This document shows, in pieces, positions 11,352-25,007 of a stretch of 64,000 bases of DNA. Below the pieces are notes generated by a model. That model did no database searches and was not told where the DNA came from. It worked only from the letters and a program-made list of their open reading frames with translations. Made by a program: the position numbers and the translations under genes. Source of the DNA: Hormiphora californensis (Eukaryota; Animalia; Ctenophora); contig CM035354.1 of NCBI GenBank assembly GCA_020137815.1, forward strand, positions 5,208,001 to 5,272,000, written 5' to 3'. Numbering within the stretch: position 1 is the first letter of the stretch; the number at the start of each line of letters is the position of its first letter.

Positions 11352-12360
11352 AGAGAGAGAAATAAGAGAGACAATAAGATGGAATGGGAAGATAGAGAAA
11401 GAAAGCTTTCTTTCTCTCGCTTCCCAAAAGGACCCTTGTGCAATATATGAATGCCCTTGTTATCCCCACTATGGGAGTTAGTATGTGCTAGAGCTACATG
11501 TGGTAGCAAACACTGGTTAATATAGCCCGACCACCGCCTAGCCTTCTATCGTCATGAGAAGTATCGTCGAAGAGCTTGAGAGATTCAGGGAGACTGAGAG
11601 TTAGAGACAGGAAGAGAGACAGAAAGATCGAGGCCGAGAGGATGAGAGAGAGATCAAAGGTATATGTTGTAGGGAGTTTTGGGGTACCACTACATATAAA
11701 TTGAAATGATTTTTGTAACTTGCTTATTATGTTTCCCATAAATTGAACCAACTTGTTTTTCAATTTTCCAATGGGGACATTTACAACAATGTGGACAGGT
11801 GTACGTGTCCCAGTCAGGATGCAGGTGTGTCAATGTACAGGGTGTCCCACTGCACAAAGTCACCCTGTATTGTACTGTTTGTGTATAATTTTGAGAATTA
11901 TAGGGTCATAAATCCAGACAGAGAAAGATGTATTGTAAATAAAGAGGGGGAGGTATTCCGACCGCGGCTGATGCACCAGATGGTTGGTCACGTGACAAAG
12001 AGAGAGAGAGGAGAAGTACACTAATTGCGACCTCTCTACTGACCTCTCTTATAGTCTTCCCTTCTCTCGCATTATCCTTTGCAGAGTAGTTGCATTGAAT
12101 TTTAATACTTTGAGTCTCTGTAGTTCAATCTCTATTATAAGTTGGAGATGAACGTCGAAGTGATGGCCGTTCGTTAGGCGGTATCTAAGCGACAGACTGC
12201 TCCTTCATAAAACACTTTATGTGACCAAAGCTGTAAAGCTGTCATTCACACTTTTGGAACTTCCAGTGGAAGTTTGTTGATATTTTCGAATGACTTTTAA
12301 CATGCCAGTCTTCATGGTTACCAATTCAGTTGCCATGGCAACCGTGTTATTGACGTTGAA

Positions 12361-12441
12361 AGTGGCGAAATGAGCCACACGGCGAAGCCGGGTGGGTTAT
12401 CAAAAGGCCCTTACTCGAGGCGCACCCAATGGGTGCGCTAG
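12361..12441 (+). mobile_element. Helitron/Helentron-like 3' terminus
   Basis: cggcgaagccg hairpin, then gcgcacccaatgggtgcgc hairpin running into CTAG followed by T; 5' end not located. Confidence 0.5.
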
Positions 12442-13035
12442 TTTTATTATATGCATGATAAGGTATAGCTGTGGCTATTTATTGAGTCGGATTTGTTTTT
12501 GGCTTCTAGACTTTCCACCAGAATATCTGGCAATGTATCTTCTTTCTTTATTTGAGTAGAGGGCAACAAGGTTCATGACCTCCCAGCTCCCGAATGTCTT
12601 ACAGTGAGGAATTTACCCAGGCTCTCTTGCTCTTTAGTCTTAGATGCCCTCTCTAAATCTCCTTCATCATGATACACATCCGGTGCGGTCCACTAAACGA
12701 GAGGGAGAGAGAGAGATCAGAGGGAGAGAGAGATAGAGAGATACAGAGAGCTATAGAGAGAAACGTGTAAACAGTTGGTTCACAATGTCGTTGTTTGTAT
12801 TGGTGCCCGTGCAACAAAAGATTCTCCCCAAGTTTGTAGTTTGCCTTTTCTCATTCAGGCCTTTTCTCTTTTCTACACTCTGACTCTCTTGCTATTGCCC
12901 CCTCCCCTCCCCCAATATAATAGTATATTTGTGGGGCCGTTGGGCGTGGATGATGGACTATACCTGGACTACAAATTGTAGCAAAATTACCTGGACCCCG
13001 TCGGTTTGAATGAACTTTGTCTGTTCTAGTTCTAA

Positions 13036-13181
13036 TTTTTAAACTAACGATAACGTAATTATGGCTCAGTGACAGTCAAAGTTTCACTATCAGTATAGAT
13101 TAAATCTATAGATTTAATCTATACTGATACTGAAACTTTGACTGTCACTGAGCCATAATTACGTTATTGTTAGTTTAAAAA
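13036..13181. repeat. Near-perfect loopless palindrome (about 146 bp)
   Basis: aattatggctcagtgacagtcaaagtttc...tcta|taga...gaaactttgactgtcactgagccataatt, symmetric about 13108/13109 with very few mismatches. Confidence 0.9.
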
Positions 13182-13663
13182 GTAGAACAGACAATCTAAG
13201 ATTACAATGAGAAGTTCGGGTGAGGGCCTTGTAGAACAGGGTTATAGCCTGGGACATGAAGCTAACTTCGCGTTCGAGTATGCACTGTACTTGCAGTGTG
13301 TGTGTGTGTGTGTATTTCCTGGCCAAGTGTGGACTGTAAATCGGTGTATTCAGTTCCCTAATCTGTCTCTCAGTGCACTGCAGTGAGAGTCTCACTGGCT
13401 CCTCCTGGGCCTCTCTGGCTTTATAACTATTGCTCTTAAATCTTAGTGGCCGAGGTTCCGTCTTTCTCTGTCGCCTGTATTTTATTTGCCATTGCTCGAC
13501 TAAACATCTGGTGAACTCTACAACTTGTAGTACAACTACAAGGCCTCCCAATTCCCTAGCTAATGCTATTGTTCAATTGTTGTACTTGTAATACAAGTTG
13601 TATCAGTACCTGTAAATGTACAGGTGTCAAGTCGTAAAATGTTTGTTTGTACCACTACACGTC

Positions 13664-14951
13664 ATGGCTCCCCCAGTACCGCGTTTTAATTTTACTCCAA
13701 TTATAGTCGATGTAAACATGACAGAGTCAGAAGTTCCAGCAGGGAAAGAAACAGAATTCGAGACCCCTGCTCCTGCTAGTGTATCAGTATGTGAAAATGT
13801 TTCTGAGTCTGAAACTCCTAAAATTCGAATATCTGAACTGTACAGTGAAACCGATCTTGCTGAAGCTGAGACTAATTCCAGCCACTGCCAGGCCACACCA
13901 CCAGGAAGACCCGGTCACTTCTCCCAGACACCCACGGACCTAATGAAACCGTTGGCCCTGTACAGGACCCATTACCCACCCACTTTGATCTCGGTCGTAT
14001 CAAATACCTCTCCATATCCCTTCTCTCCAGTATCCTCTTCACAGCAACCTATCACCCTGCCCGGGTTCCACCATATTTCACCCGTGGAACTCTCCTGTGT
14101 TCTCTCATCCTTCCTTCCTGTGTGTGTTGTGCATGTGTTTCACGCACAGTGGTGTTCATGGTAACCATACCACGTGACAGACTCCTTAGTCCTTGCCCTG
14201 TTCTGTTTGTTTGGTAACTACAGGGATTCTGGCCACCCTGTATTCTCTCTCTGGTCTTCCAACGGGTGACACCTTCCTGGCCCTTTACCTTCTCCCAATG
14301 TTCGGGGTTATAGTTGCTAAGGCAACCCTCTCAGAACGGGTTGGTGTGGTCAACTTCTCCAGCTGTTTCGGGTGTGTCATTGGGACGATCTTTGTCTTTC
14401 AACCCCGGACTATTTTCAGCTCGGACCACCAAGCCACCACCCCAACAATCGAGATTGCCCTTGCTGTCCTGGGCTCCCTGTCCCTGGGTACATGCATGGT
14501 GTTGGTGAGGTGTATTGGCCCTGGTATCTCAGCCCTGGCCTGTACCTTCTGGTTGTGTATGGTGACCGCCCCAGTGGGTCTAATCATGTCATTAGTCCTG
14601 GCCACGGGGCCCATCATCCCACCTTGTGGCATGGACAGAGTGGAGATAATGATCGGTGGATTGCTCCTCCTACTCTCAATATTACTATCATTCCACTGCC
14701 TCTCCCGGGAACCTCATACCACCCCACTAGTACTGATGAGGTTTATGGATGTGGTGTTTGTCACCCTGTTCAGAATGTTTTTCAGCCCCGGGTACAAGGT
14801 GGATTTCCTTAGTGGAATGGGGTTGACAATGGTCACTGGAGCAGCCGGGGCTGTCTTTGTGCACAAGCTTCTAAAGAATGTGAGACTGTTTGGTAGCCCG
14901 TATCGTCCTCTTGAAGAGGGATTCCCGACAGAGGAAGATACTGCACTTTAA
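13664..14951 (+). CDS. SLC35G/EamA (drug-metabolite transporter) family protein, intronless, with several frameshifts (pseudogene or assembly errors)
   Basis: Multi-TM pattern with EamA-like motifs (LPTGDT...YLLPMFGVIVAKATLSERV; LVLMRFMDVVF...LSGMGL). TM segments switch frame several times at about 13960-14220. Confidence 0.65.
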
Positions 14952-16144
14952 AATAGACCCAGAATCGGTGCTCGATGGGCTGATATGAGAATGAGAAATG
15001 AGAATGTGCCATGTATGTCATGTCATGCTCTGTATCAGTATGCAGTACAGTTTGTTTGAATTGCTTTTTTATGATTACCTGTTGTCCTGTTAGAAACCTT
15101 TTTTTCGCCAAATGATGTGTCCCTTTAAATTATTAGGTACAACTTGTGCCACAAAATATAAAACTTCTTCACACATTTACTTTCCACACAACACTTCGAT
15201 CTCATCCTGTCAGGCCAATGCTCTGAGTTGAACTCAGTGAGTTCTGACCGTAGTTCAGGTCAATGCTTTGACAGATCTCATCAGGACATCTCTTCCATGG
15301 TATCTTTTCAACAGATAATTTCCACGATGACTCACACAATCACACAATCACAAAACAAATTGAAATCGCACAAGTTGTACCCAATTAAGGTATTTGTGAA
15401 AACAACCAATTTTGAAATCTTTTGTAATTAAAGTATGTACAAGTTCTGTACAATCTACATAACTTTCAAATAGGCACACCTCATCATAGACATCTCATCA
15501 TTGTAATATAAAAAGACCTGACCTTAAATACGTTTTTAGAGAGCTCATTCGCACAGCAGTCATGACGCCATGAACAGTTGTTCCGAGAAAGGAGCATAAT
15601 AATGACGACATGACGACAGTTGGCACGGTTTACAAAGTGTACATCTTCGCCTGAACTTACATTTTCAGCAAAAAAATAATAAAACAAAAGATCCAAAAAC
15701 GGGTGCCTTTTTCATTTAAATTTTCTCCTAAAAATACTGCCAAAAGGTGCGTGAATTGAGATCCGGATTGTCACGGGTTGTGCCAGCGATGGAAGTGTGA
15801 TTGTATGTCACTTTTGATCACTCTGACTGGGACCGGAATAATCTTGTGAAGAACTTTTGGGTTTAGTGAGGTGATTCATAGTTAGACTCAAACATGTGTG
15901 ATAGTAGATCTGAATAGTTATCCTTTCTCTCTCCTTCACACTCTCTTTTCCAGACTGTTCCACTCCTAATAAAGAGGAATTGAATTCACCCTAATTTTCA
16001 GTTCTTTCCGCTCACTTTTTCATGTCTCTCACACAAAAATATCCCGTCATATCTTAATTCTCCACTATTAAAAACCTACAACAGTTACTATAACAGGAGA
16101 TAGTGTCCATATCTCCCCAATCAATTTCTATACCAGTTCATCAG

Positions 16145-16242
<98 letters not shown>

Positions 16243-16400
16243 TCTCTCTCCCTCTCGCTACAAGTCTATGTTTAATCCCGGTCTCCCAGATCTCTAACTC
16301 GATCTCACTCTCGACTGGATGAACTCTTTCTCTATAAATAAAGACCGGAAGACATACATCTTCGCTCTCTCATCTTGTTTCCCAATTTATCAATTGGAGC

Positions 16401-19400
16401 TCATGAAGAGTTGCCCATTAGATCGTCGAACAAGCATGGTATCTTATTAAGTCCCATAAGAAGCGCTAGGGTTAGGTATATGAAATATGAAAAGAACATG
16501 GAGAATCCGAGGAGCTTGGTCATTCGCCAACTGCTTGCTCCGATGATAAATATGATGGCTATCAACATGGCGAAGAGCATAACGACACTACAGAACATGC
16601 CCTCTGCGTCCACGTCTATTGTGTCTACTTTGCCGATGGCGATGGCTAGCATCCATGGTATGGGCAGTCTGAAAAGAAACGGGGGTCAGAAAGGGTGAAG
16701 TCTGGAGAAAACAGGTTACAAAGATCTAGTACAAAATAGTACAAGGTATCTGGATTATCAAGGGGGTAACGATTTTATTGTGGTTCTGTTTACCCGACAC
16801 AGATGTCGAAGAGGTTACTGCCAAGAGAACTGGAAACGGCCATGTCTCCGAGTCCTTTTCGGGCGACAATGACACTGGTAATGAGATCAGGGACACTCGT
16901 TCCCGCTGCAATTAAGGTCAGACCCATGATCTGAAACGGAGAGATGTTATAGGTGGGAAATATCTGATAGAAAGAGAGTGATGGAGATAATTCCCACTGG
17001 TTATTAGATGCGATATTACATCCTGGAAATAACGGTGGTAATTGATCTCCATCACATATATGTTTTATATATAGCCATGAAATTTCCTGTCTGAGAACTG
17101 CTGGGCAATTTACACCGGTAAGCAAATTGTATCTCGCACTGAGCAGTTAATATGTTCGCAAAAGGCAAGCTTCCCCTCGTCCGACCCGAAGGCCATCTCT
17201 CTCTCTCTCTCATAGAGCATGGCTCTAAGTAATTAATTAATTAATTTTGACTATTCCCACTTTCTGTAGATTATATTATATGTTTTATGCATGAAGAACA
17301 TTCCTAGAAAGTTTCAAGTCGATATTTTAAGCAGAACGGAAAATATAATTTAGTGCATGGGCAAACAAAATGGTGCAAGGGCACATGTTCAGGGGAAATT
17401 TGCACAAATTGTGCAGGGGCAAATTTTAATTAATTTGCCTATAATTAATTACCTAATTGATATATTAATCATACGGCTCTTCTAGTACTCGTAGTTATGC
17501 TACTTGAACATGCATAGAAAGTTTCGTGTCAAAATATTAAACGGTGTGGACACAGTTCGATCATAAAATTGGTGCAAGGGCTGCCCTTGCACCATTTGCC
17601 CTTGCACATTGCCTGCCCTTGCACCAAATTCCATTTTTTGCACGGCTCTAACTAACTAATTAATTAATTTTGACTATTCCCACTTTTCGAACATCATCTT
17701 TTATGATTGAAGAACATTCCTACAAAGTTTCAAGTCGATATTTTAAGCAGAACGGAAAATAGAATTTGGTGCAAGGGCGCGGTGCAAGGGACATAACACG
17801 CAATGTGCAGGGGCACGGTGCCCTTGCACCGTTTTTAATTACCTATAATTAATTAATTAATTAAAAATTCAAAAATCCGCCAACGTCATGACACAAAGGA
17901 ATACTACAAGAACATGCCTACAAAATTTCAAGTCGATATCTCAAACGGTGTGGCCACAATCGTTGACATGTTTTTTGCCCCCCCCCCCCCCCAAAAAAAA
18001 GACCTTTCTTTGTTCTTATAGTCGGGGCGAATCTCTCACAAAAAGAAGTGGTTGACACACTATTTGGTGAAAAGCAAATTCCGGTTGTAACCCACCTATT
18101 TTGACCCGCTGAACACGATCCCGTCCATAGGTAAGCCCGCAAAAGTGAAGAAAATGCCCAAATCGGCCACGCCCTTTTACCTGTATTTTCAGGCTGTAGC
18201 CAAAAACATAAATCCTCTTAGAATAGGAGTAGAGACAAATCTGAGGGCACTAAAGTGATCAGCGCCCTCGTATTAGTGGGGGTAGGTGCTGGAATTAAGT
18301 CTCTATCTCATCTGGTTAATTAGATAATTAGGTTTGTGCATAACCGTTTTTTGGCTATATGGCTATAGCCACTTAGGAATGGTTTAGAGACTTTTCACTG
18401 GCGCCATTTTGTAGGCAATAGCCAAGTTATGGGGGGTCGACGTCGGACTTTTAAGCTCTATCTCCAACCGTTTAGCCGTTATTTGGCTTAATCGATGCTC
18501 AAAATGAGCGAAAAACGGTAAAAATTTTTTCTTTTTTTCGTTTTTTGCTGTTTTCTTCGGGTCGGAGGTGCCTGCCGGCACCTAAATAGTAGGGTTCGTT
18601 GTCAGGCCAATGCTCTGACAGAGGATTCGCGAGACACGAGTTTCTCCTATCAGAGCATTGGCCTGACCCATTCTCGTTTCTCTCAGAGATTTTATCTTTC
18701 GGTTTCCCAGAAATCGAAGGCCTATCAAAAACTCAAGCTGGCTGGCACCAAACAAAAGGAGCTCCATACGTCAGATTGGTCACGTGTAATCAACAGATTC
18801 ATTCCTCAAATGAAAGCTTTGCCAATGTGGGGCGGGGAGCTCGAGCAGGATTGGAGGAACAAGTGCACTAAGTTTCTCTGTTATACCAACGCCTAACAAC
18901 TACCAGTCTTCGATAAAGATGTGCTATCGCGCGTTACGTAGTCTCGCGCGCGGCACATTTCAATTTTACCTCTGGTTTTTCTCCCAATCCGATGGCTCTG
19001 CCAAAGGTTTCCGTCCACCAGACCATCAGGAAAGAGAAGACAGCAATCCAAAGGATGGACATAATAAACGTGATGGGGAAGAACATTCGCCATTTCTGAA
19101 AGAGAGAGAGGGAAGGGTGAGATCCATGACAAAGCATACAGATCATTGTGTGTGTGATGATTGAGGCGCACACAGGAAATGGCAACAAAAGATGACCAAG
19201 GCAATACAAGTGCCTTTTTTCATTTAGTTAATATGTTTGACGAGGGAAAGCTGTGCCGTTTACTCGGCAAGCGGCCTCTCTCAGTTCTTTACCAGGGGCA
19301 ATCACTTAGATTGACTAGCAGCTCTCGATAGGCTTTATTATGTTCGTAGCTTATGCAACATAATATTATGTGTACGCTTATTCTATCCGTTACTTTTCAA

Positions 19401-22400
19401 CTTGTCAGGTGCTTCCCCAACGCAAACACGAATTGTCTTTTGTCACGAAATATATCATGTATTTTGGCTGGCTCGTGTTTGTTTGTGCTATGTGAGTCCC
19501 CCCTTTGCACAACTATAATAGTGGCCAACTATTACAATTATGGCACCACCGGGGTGGCAATAGGTCGAGAGAGATAGAGAGGGAGATAGAGAGATAGAAA
19601 GTGGAGGAAATTAAAAAATCTAATAGTAAGGAAGATAAATTATTTACCTTTCTTCTGACGTCTGGTGTTGAGAAAGCAAGAGGGAAGAGAATGGGTGCTA
19701 AGATGACGTAGAAAAGTCGAGCACGACAGGAATCTGGCCATGACAGATCCAGTGGCTCTTCTTTCTCTTCCTCTTCCTCCTCTTCCTGTTTCTCCTCAGC
19801 CTTTTCTTCAGGTTCTTCCTGTAACAAGTTTCGTTAGAAGACATCTCCCCGAGACAGAGATAGATAGAGAGAGCGAGGGGGGCTTATGGGGTGGTTAAGT
19901 GGACAGGCACCGTGATGACGTAAGCAAGAAACTTTGGCGGAGGAGAGGGAGATAGTGAGAGAAAAAAAGAGTGAGATAGAGAGATAAATAATTGTACTTG
20001 AGACAGAGAGTGAGACAGGAATGAAATGACCCGAGATAAATTATAAAAGTGGTTGTGACGAAGGATGCTCGGCTTGAGACCTGGGGTGAGAGAGAGAGAG
20101 CCATCAAAATATGAATGAAAAGGGTGATGAGGAGTTGAAGTACGAAATATCAAAATTGAAGTAGAAAGATAGGAACTGGTGGAGAGGAACTTTTGGGGGA
20201 ATAGCTGTCGAATTTCAAGAGGATATTAATTCGTTCTTCGTTAGTGATTTGATATGAAGCGCCTTGTCACTCTGGCCCCTCGCTTGAGTTGTATGCATTC
20301 GTATATTACATTTGGGGGCATATATTTTGGTAGTGAGAGAGATAGAGAGGGAATGAGAGTGAGAGAGAGAGAAAAGGAGGAAGCTTTCTTTCCTCAAAAA
20401 TCAAATTAAACAACATGCTTTTTCACACGAATAACATAAACTGATGGGTGTAGGGAGAGTGCGAGGAGGAGGGGGCAATAGAAAATCACACTTTTTGAGG
20501 TTTAGAGATGTAAAAACAGAGAGGGGGGGGGGCACGGAGAAAGCGCCCACATGCACACATGGATAGACATTGAGTTACAAAAGCTCCGTTCCCGGCCACC
20601 TAACATGTTAGGATATACTTGTTGACATTTAAAACACAGGCAGAGTCGGAAATATGTGACACTCACACACACAAACAGGCATAAACAGATTTAATTCCTT
20701 GGCATCCCCAATCGTGTTTGTGAGTCAGTGCGTTTGTGTGTGATGAGCGTTTGTGAGTCAGTGCGTTTGTGTGTGATGAGTGTTTGTGAGTCAGTGCGTT
20801 TGTGTGTGATGAGTGCTATAGTAGTATCTTTAATTAAACACATCTCCTACCCCTAGTAAATCAATCACATCTACCTCCTTATCTTCATCTCATCTACTAC
20901 TGCATATATATCTATCACGATCCGATCGTTCTACTTCTCGCTCCTTCTCTCTCTCTACTGCATCACAACCCAGGTCTCTAAACGCCCTTTCTCTGCACCC
21001 CTCTCTCTCTCGCATCCGGCCAGTGACACTATCTCTCTAATTTGATTGCAACTGCTCAAGCTTCATCCGCACCATCATCACTCTTTTTCAGCAGCGTGTG
21101 CTAGTATGAACATGGCCGTCCCACCGTACCAACAGATCAATGGATCAGCGGATTCAACCCCCCTCTACTACAGCAGTGTTGAAATCCTTGCTATGGGATC
21201 CTTCACCATTCTAGCTGTTCTTGGGACTGTATTGAACACCCTCGTAATCGGAGCATTTGCCAAGTTCAAACTCTACCTGCAACCGAGTAACCTCCAACTC
21301 CTTTCTCTTGCCATGGATGACCTAGGGACGGCTGTTTTAGTGGAGCCTTTTGTCGTTCTGACCTACTTGAAACCGCACCTGTTTGTTCAAAACGCCTGGC
21401 TGTGCGACTATTTCTCGACTGTTTTACACCTATTTCCCTGGGGCTCTACCATCAGCATTCTGATTCTCAGTTTTAATCGGGCTCTTATTATCATCTTCCC
21501 ACTGATCTATAGATCAAGTGTGACGTGTAAACACATTTTCTACACTCTGGTCGGCAAGTATATCTTCCTGGTGGCTTTTGTTACATTTTCCAATTTCTTT
21601 TGGGTCAGTAACTTTAGCCATCACCACAGCCAGTGCTTGGTCACCTATGTGTGGGGTGGGGCCCTGTCCACCGATGACGGTTTTACGGAGACTCTAACGG
21701 ACAAAATGACGCTTCCCGTTCTTCATCTTATCGCGGGAGCTGTTATCTTTGCAGTGAATGCGGTTGTAGTTGTCCAGCTGGTGAAGATCAAGCTCCGGAA
21801 GATCGTGAAGGGAGGAGGAAGCAAGCATGTGGTTAGTGCGGGGGTTGAGTTGATAATCCTGGTGGCGGTGTACATGGTTACCACCATTTCCATTCCCGTT
21901 TTGTTTGTCATGGAACTACTGCAGGTCAAGATATCTAGTGATGGGGTCGAGGTAGCCGCCTACATCGCTAAAATGCTGTTCTACATGCAGCCAATTATTA
22001 ATCCGCTAATTTATGTGATACGGAGGACTGAGTATCGGAATAACATGCGTCGTGCGATGACCTCACTGCACAAAAATAACCACAGAGGGAGGCATGGCGA
22101 TGCGAGGGGCCCCGGTGACGCTGGACGATTCTACAGGACTGCCAGAGTTGTAATTAATACCAACCGATTCATCAATCAAGTTCGTATATCGCAGAGACGA
22201 CATCGAATGATAGCTGGGGGAGGACCAATGGAGATGTACGCACCGAGAATATTACCAGCGATCGGTCATCCAATTAGGAATACTCCCAACCCATGCAATG
22301 CCCGTCAGGCTGCCTGTTTGGAAGTAGTTGCAGTGCCAAATCGCCGGACTAAATCTGTTTAGCCTAGTTATCCTATTAGCCCGGACCCAGGCAACCGTGA

Positions 22401-24836
22401 GAGCTAACAGACACGAAAGAGAAAGAGAGATAAGTATCGTGTGTATTATTCGAATTCTGAAATTATTATTGAATGTTTGAAAAAAAGGTAGTTTATGTAC
22501 AGAGTTGCCACACCAAAAAGGAACATAAATGCTGTCCACATCATATCCACAGCAACAGAGAAGCTTCAAACAAATGCAAACGCTGGGTGTATTTCTGCTG
22601 ATCGGGGTCTGCTGGATATGAATACACACAAGAGGCATCGGGATGGGTCTTGAATGCACAGCAAAAGCAAGGGGTACCTTCAATGTCGTGTAGTATTTAC
22701 TACTCATGATCACGGAACAGGCAATGTGATGAGATGTCTCCTGCAGGCAAGGGGGAAATATACGGGTAGCGTGGTGGGGAACACACGGGCCGCGGTTTGT
22801 ATGGGTAGTTTTTAGCGTTCTGCCGTTTTACATGTAAAGAAAAAGATATGTATGTATGCAGGACGTAAGGGAACAATTTAAATCCTGTGATTTAGCATTG
22901 AACCTCATAGTCGTCATTTGTGCATCAAGTCGTCTTCATGTTTTTTTTGACATCATGTGGTATTTGATGTGATGACGTTTCAAACCCCTCTACATAAATC
23001 CACAAAACATAGATCTAGTGGTGTGGTATAGTACGGAGTGATAAAACTATAGCACCATCATGACAGCGAACTTACATTCCCTTCATTTTCGGTCTAAAAC
23101 AGGTGATAAAGAGGATATCAGATCTAGAGATGTCGGTTTTTTCATGTCAGTCAAAGTGCGTCTGTGAGATGGGAAGTCTTGAGAGCCTAGATAATAAACC
23201 CATCAAAAAGTATAAGGTTAATGTGATGAAGTTTTATGTTGGCAGGTCTAATTCACAAGCGGCTCAAATATAGAAGACAGATAACTCTGAGTAAAGCTCT
23301 ATCATGCAAGTACTTGTGGTAGAATTCGGAGGACATAATATTTAGGACGCACAGAACATGTATACGAAACAAAACCGATTATTATAACACATGTACCGAA
23401 ATGTGACCAGGTTTCTTCCTGTCCTTAAACAGGCTTTCGTGTTTACGGATCTTCGCTCGACTGGCTGCCGTCATCCAACGATTGTGAGCAATCTGCAATG
23501 GTGCTAGAGGATCAGAAGGGGCCACATGCCTCAGGGGGGTGATAAAACCCTACCATCTTAAAAACGTCCAGAGCAGGGTCATCAGCGGTCGGATCGGTGT
23601 TATCGGTCCCTTTAGATCCTGATCCGTTGGGTGCGGTAGCCTCATCTGATACCACCTCCTCAAGGGAAATCTCATCACGGGTGTGTAGACAGGGACTCTT
23701 CGTGCAACCAATGACGCATACAACTTTCGCAAACGTCAGTCCATCCGCATTTCGAACGAGCTGTAAAGTGTGCTCACCATGGTGAGGTCTCTGAATATAA
23801 TCCACCAACCCAGGGTTAGATCATTATGCACTCTCTCTCTCTGAGTCTCCCTCCTCTAATATATAATATCCTCTGGCCAATTATAAGTGAGTGTACAACG
23901 TTTATGTACATACTACCAACCACGTATATACAGACTCACACACCCAGGAAAAGAAGATTCACAAATTGCTGCCGCCCACAAACTCACATACGTAAACAAC
24001 CAGACGACATGGCCTTAGCCTACTTAAATGTCTGCGGAATTCATAACTGGCGGATATCCCATAGCACACAATCTGCGGTACAGATAGATCTGTGCAAGAG
24101 CTATTAAATTGGAATAGCGTGTGATCAAACACTGTGCTGTGTGAGGTACGCCAGTTGTGAATTCCGTAGACTTAAGACCAGATATATCATTTCTCTAATC
24201 TCTAATTCGTTTCTCTCCCATTCCCCTAGCTGCACTGGTGCAACAGCTGCTGCAGAGATCTGGGAGCCATAGCACACTCACACACACGGCATTTAGCTCA
24301 CAGCAGGGGGCGGATTTCACGCATATATGATACACACACTCAGACGCACACTCACACTTTTGCTCTTTTTTTCTGAGCAAGTAAAAACGTGACAGAGCTG
24401 AGAGGAAAGGCAAAGAAGCAAAGTCTTCTTGATTTAGCATGAAACGTTAAGGTATGCACTATGCGGCCAGATCTCAAGAAAAATGTAGAATTTTCTATTT
24501 CTGTTTCTTCCTGACTGTATCTAGTCTCGAATTTGTACAGACTGGATATTATTTGAAGCTCTTCGCAAGCCGAGTAGCTCGCTGGTATAGCTGTCCAAGA
24601 CTAACGTCACTCGGCACGACGCTTGTATGGTTTTTTGCCCAAGAAATAGATAATATGAGTGTGACTATGTGTATGACAAGGAAGAGAGAGAAAGAGATAG
24701 CGAGAGATTTTGAATGTAGGTACATACTCTGTGTGGCGGTGATTGCAGGAGGGTCTAACTAGTCATCAAGTAAACGAGTAATGAGATAGTTATGTAACAT
24801 ATGGGATAATGGAGAAACAATCATGCCCAGCAGCTC

Positions 24837-24933
<97 letters not shown>

Positions 24934-24935
24934 AC

Positions 24936-25007
<72 letters not shown>

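Noticed and set aside
12329-12342. Perfect RFX X-box GTTGCCATGGCAAC
   Set aside because: It lies next to a Helitron-like end with no identifiable ciliary gene start nearby, and similar half-sites are scattered in introns, so function is unsupported
21958-22020. Nested GPCR as an opsin (AYIAKMLFY resembles FAK)
   Set aside because: Counting back from NPxxY, the position equivalent to rhodopsin K296 is Tyr; the Lys is four residues earlier
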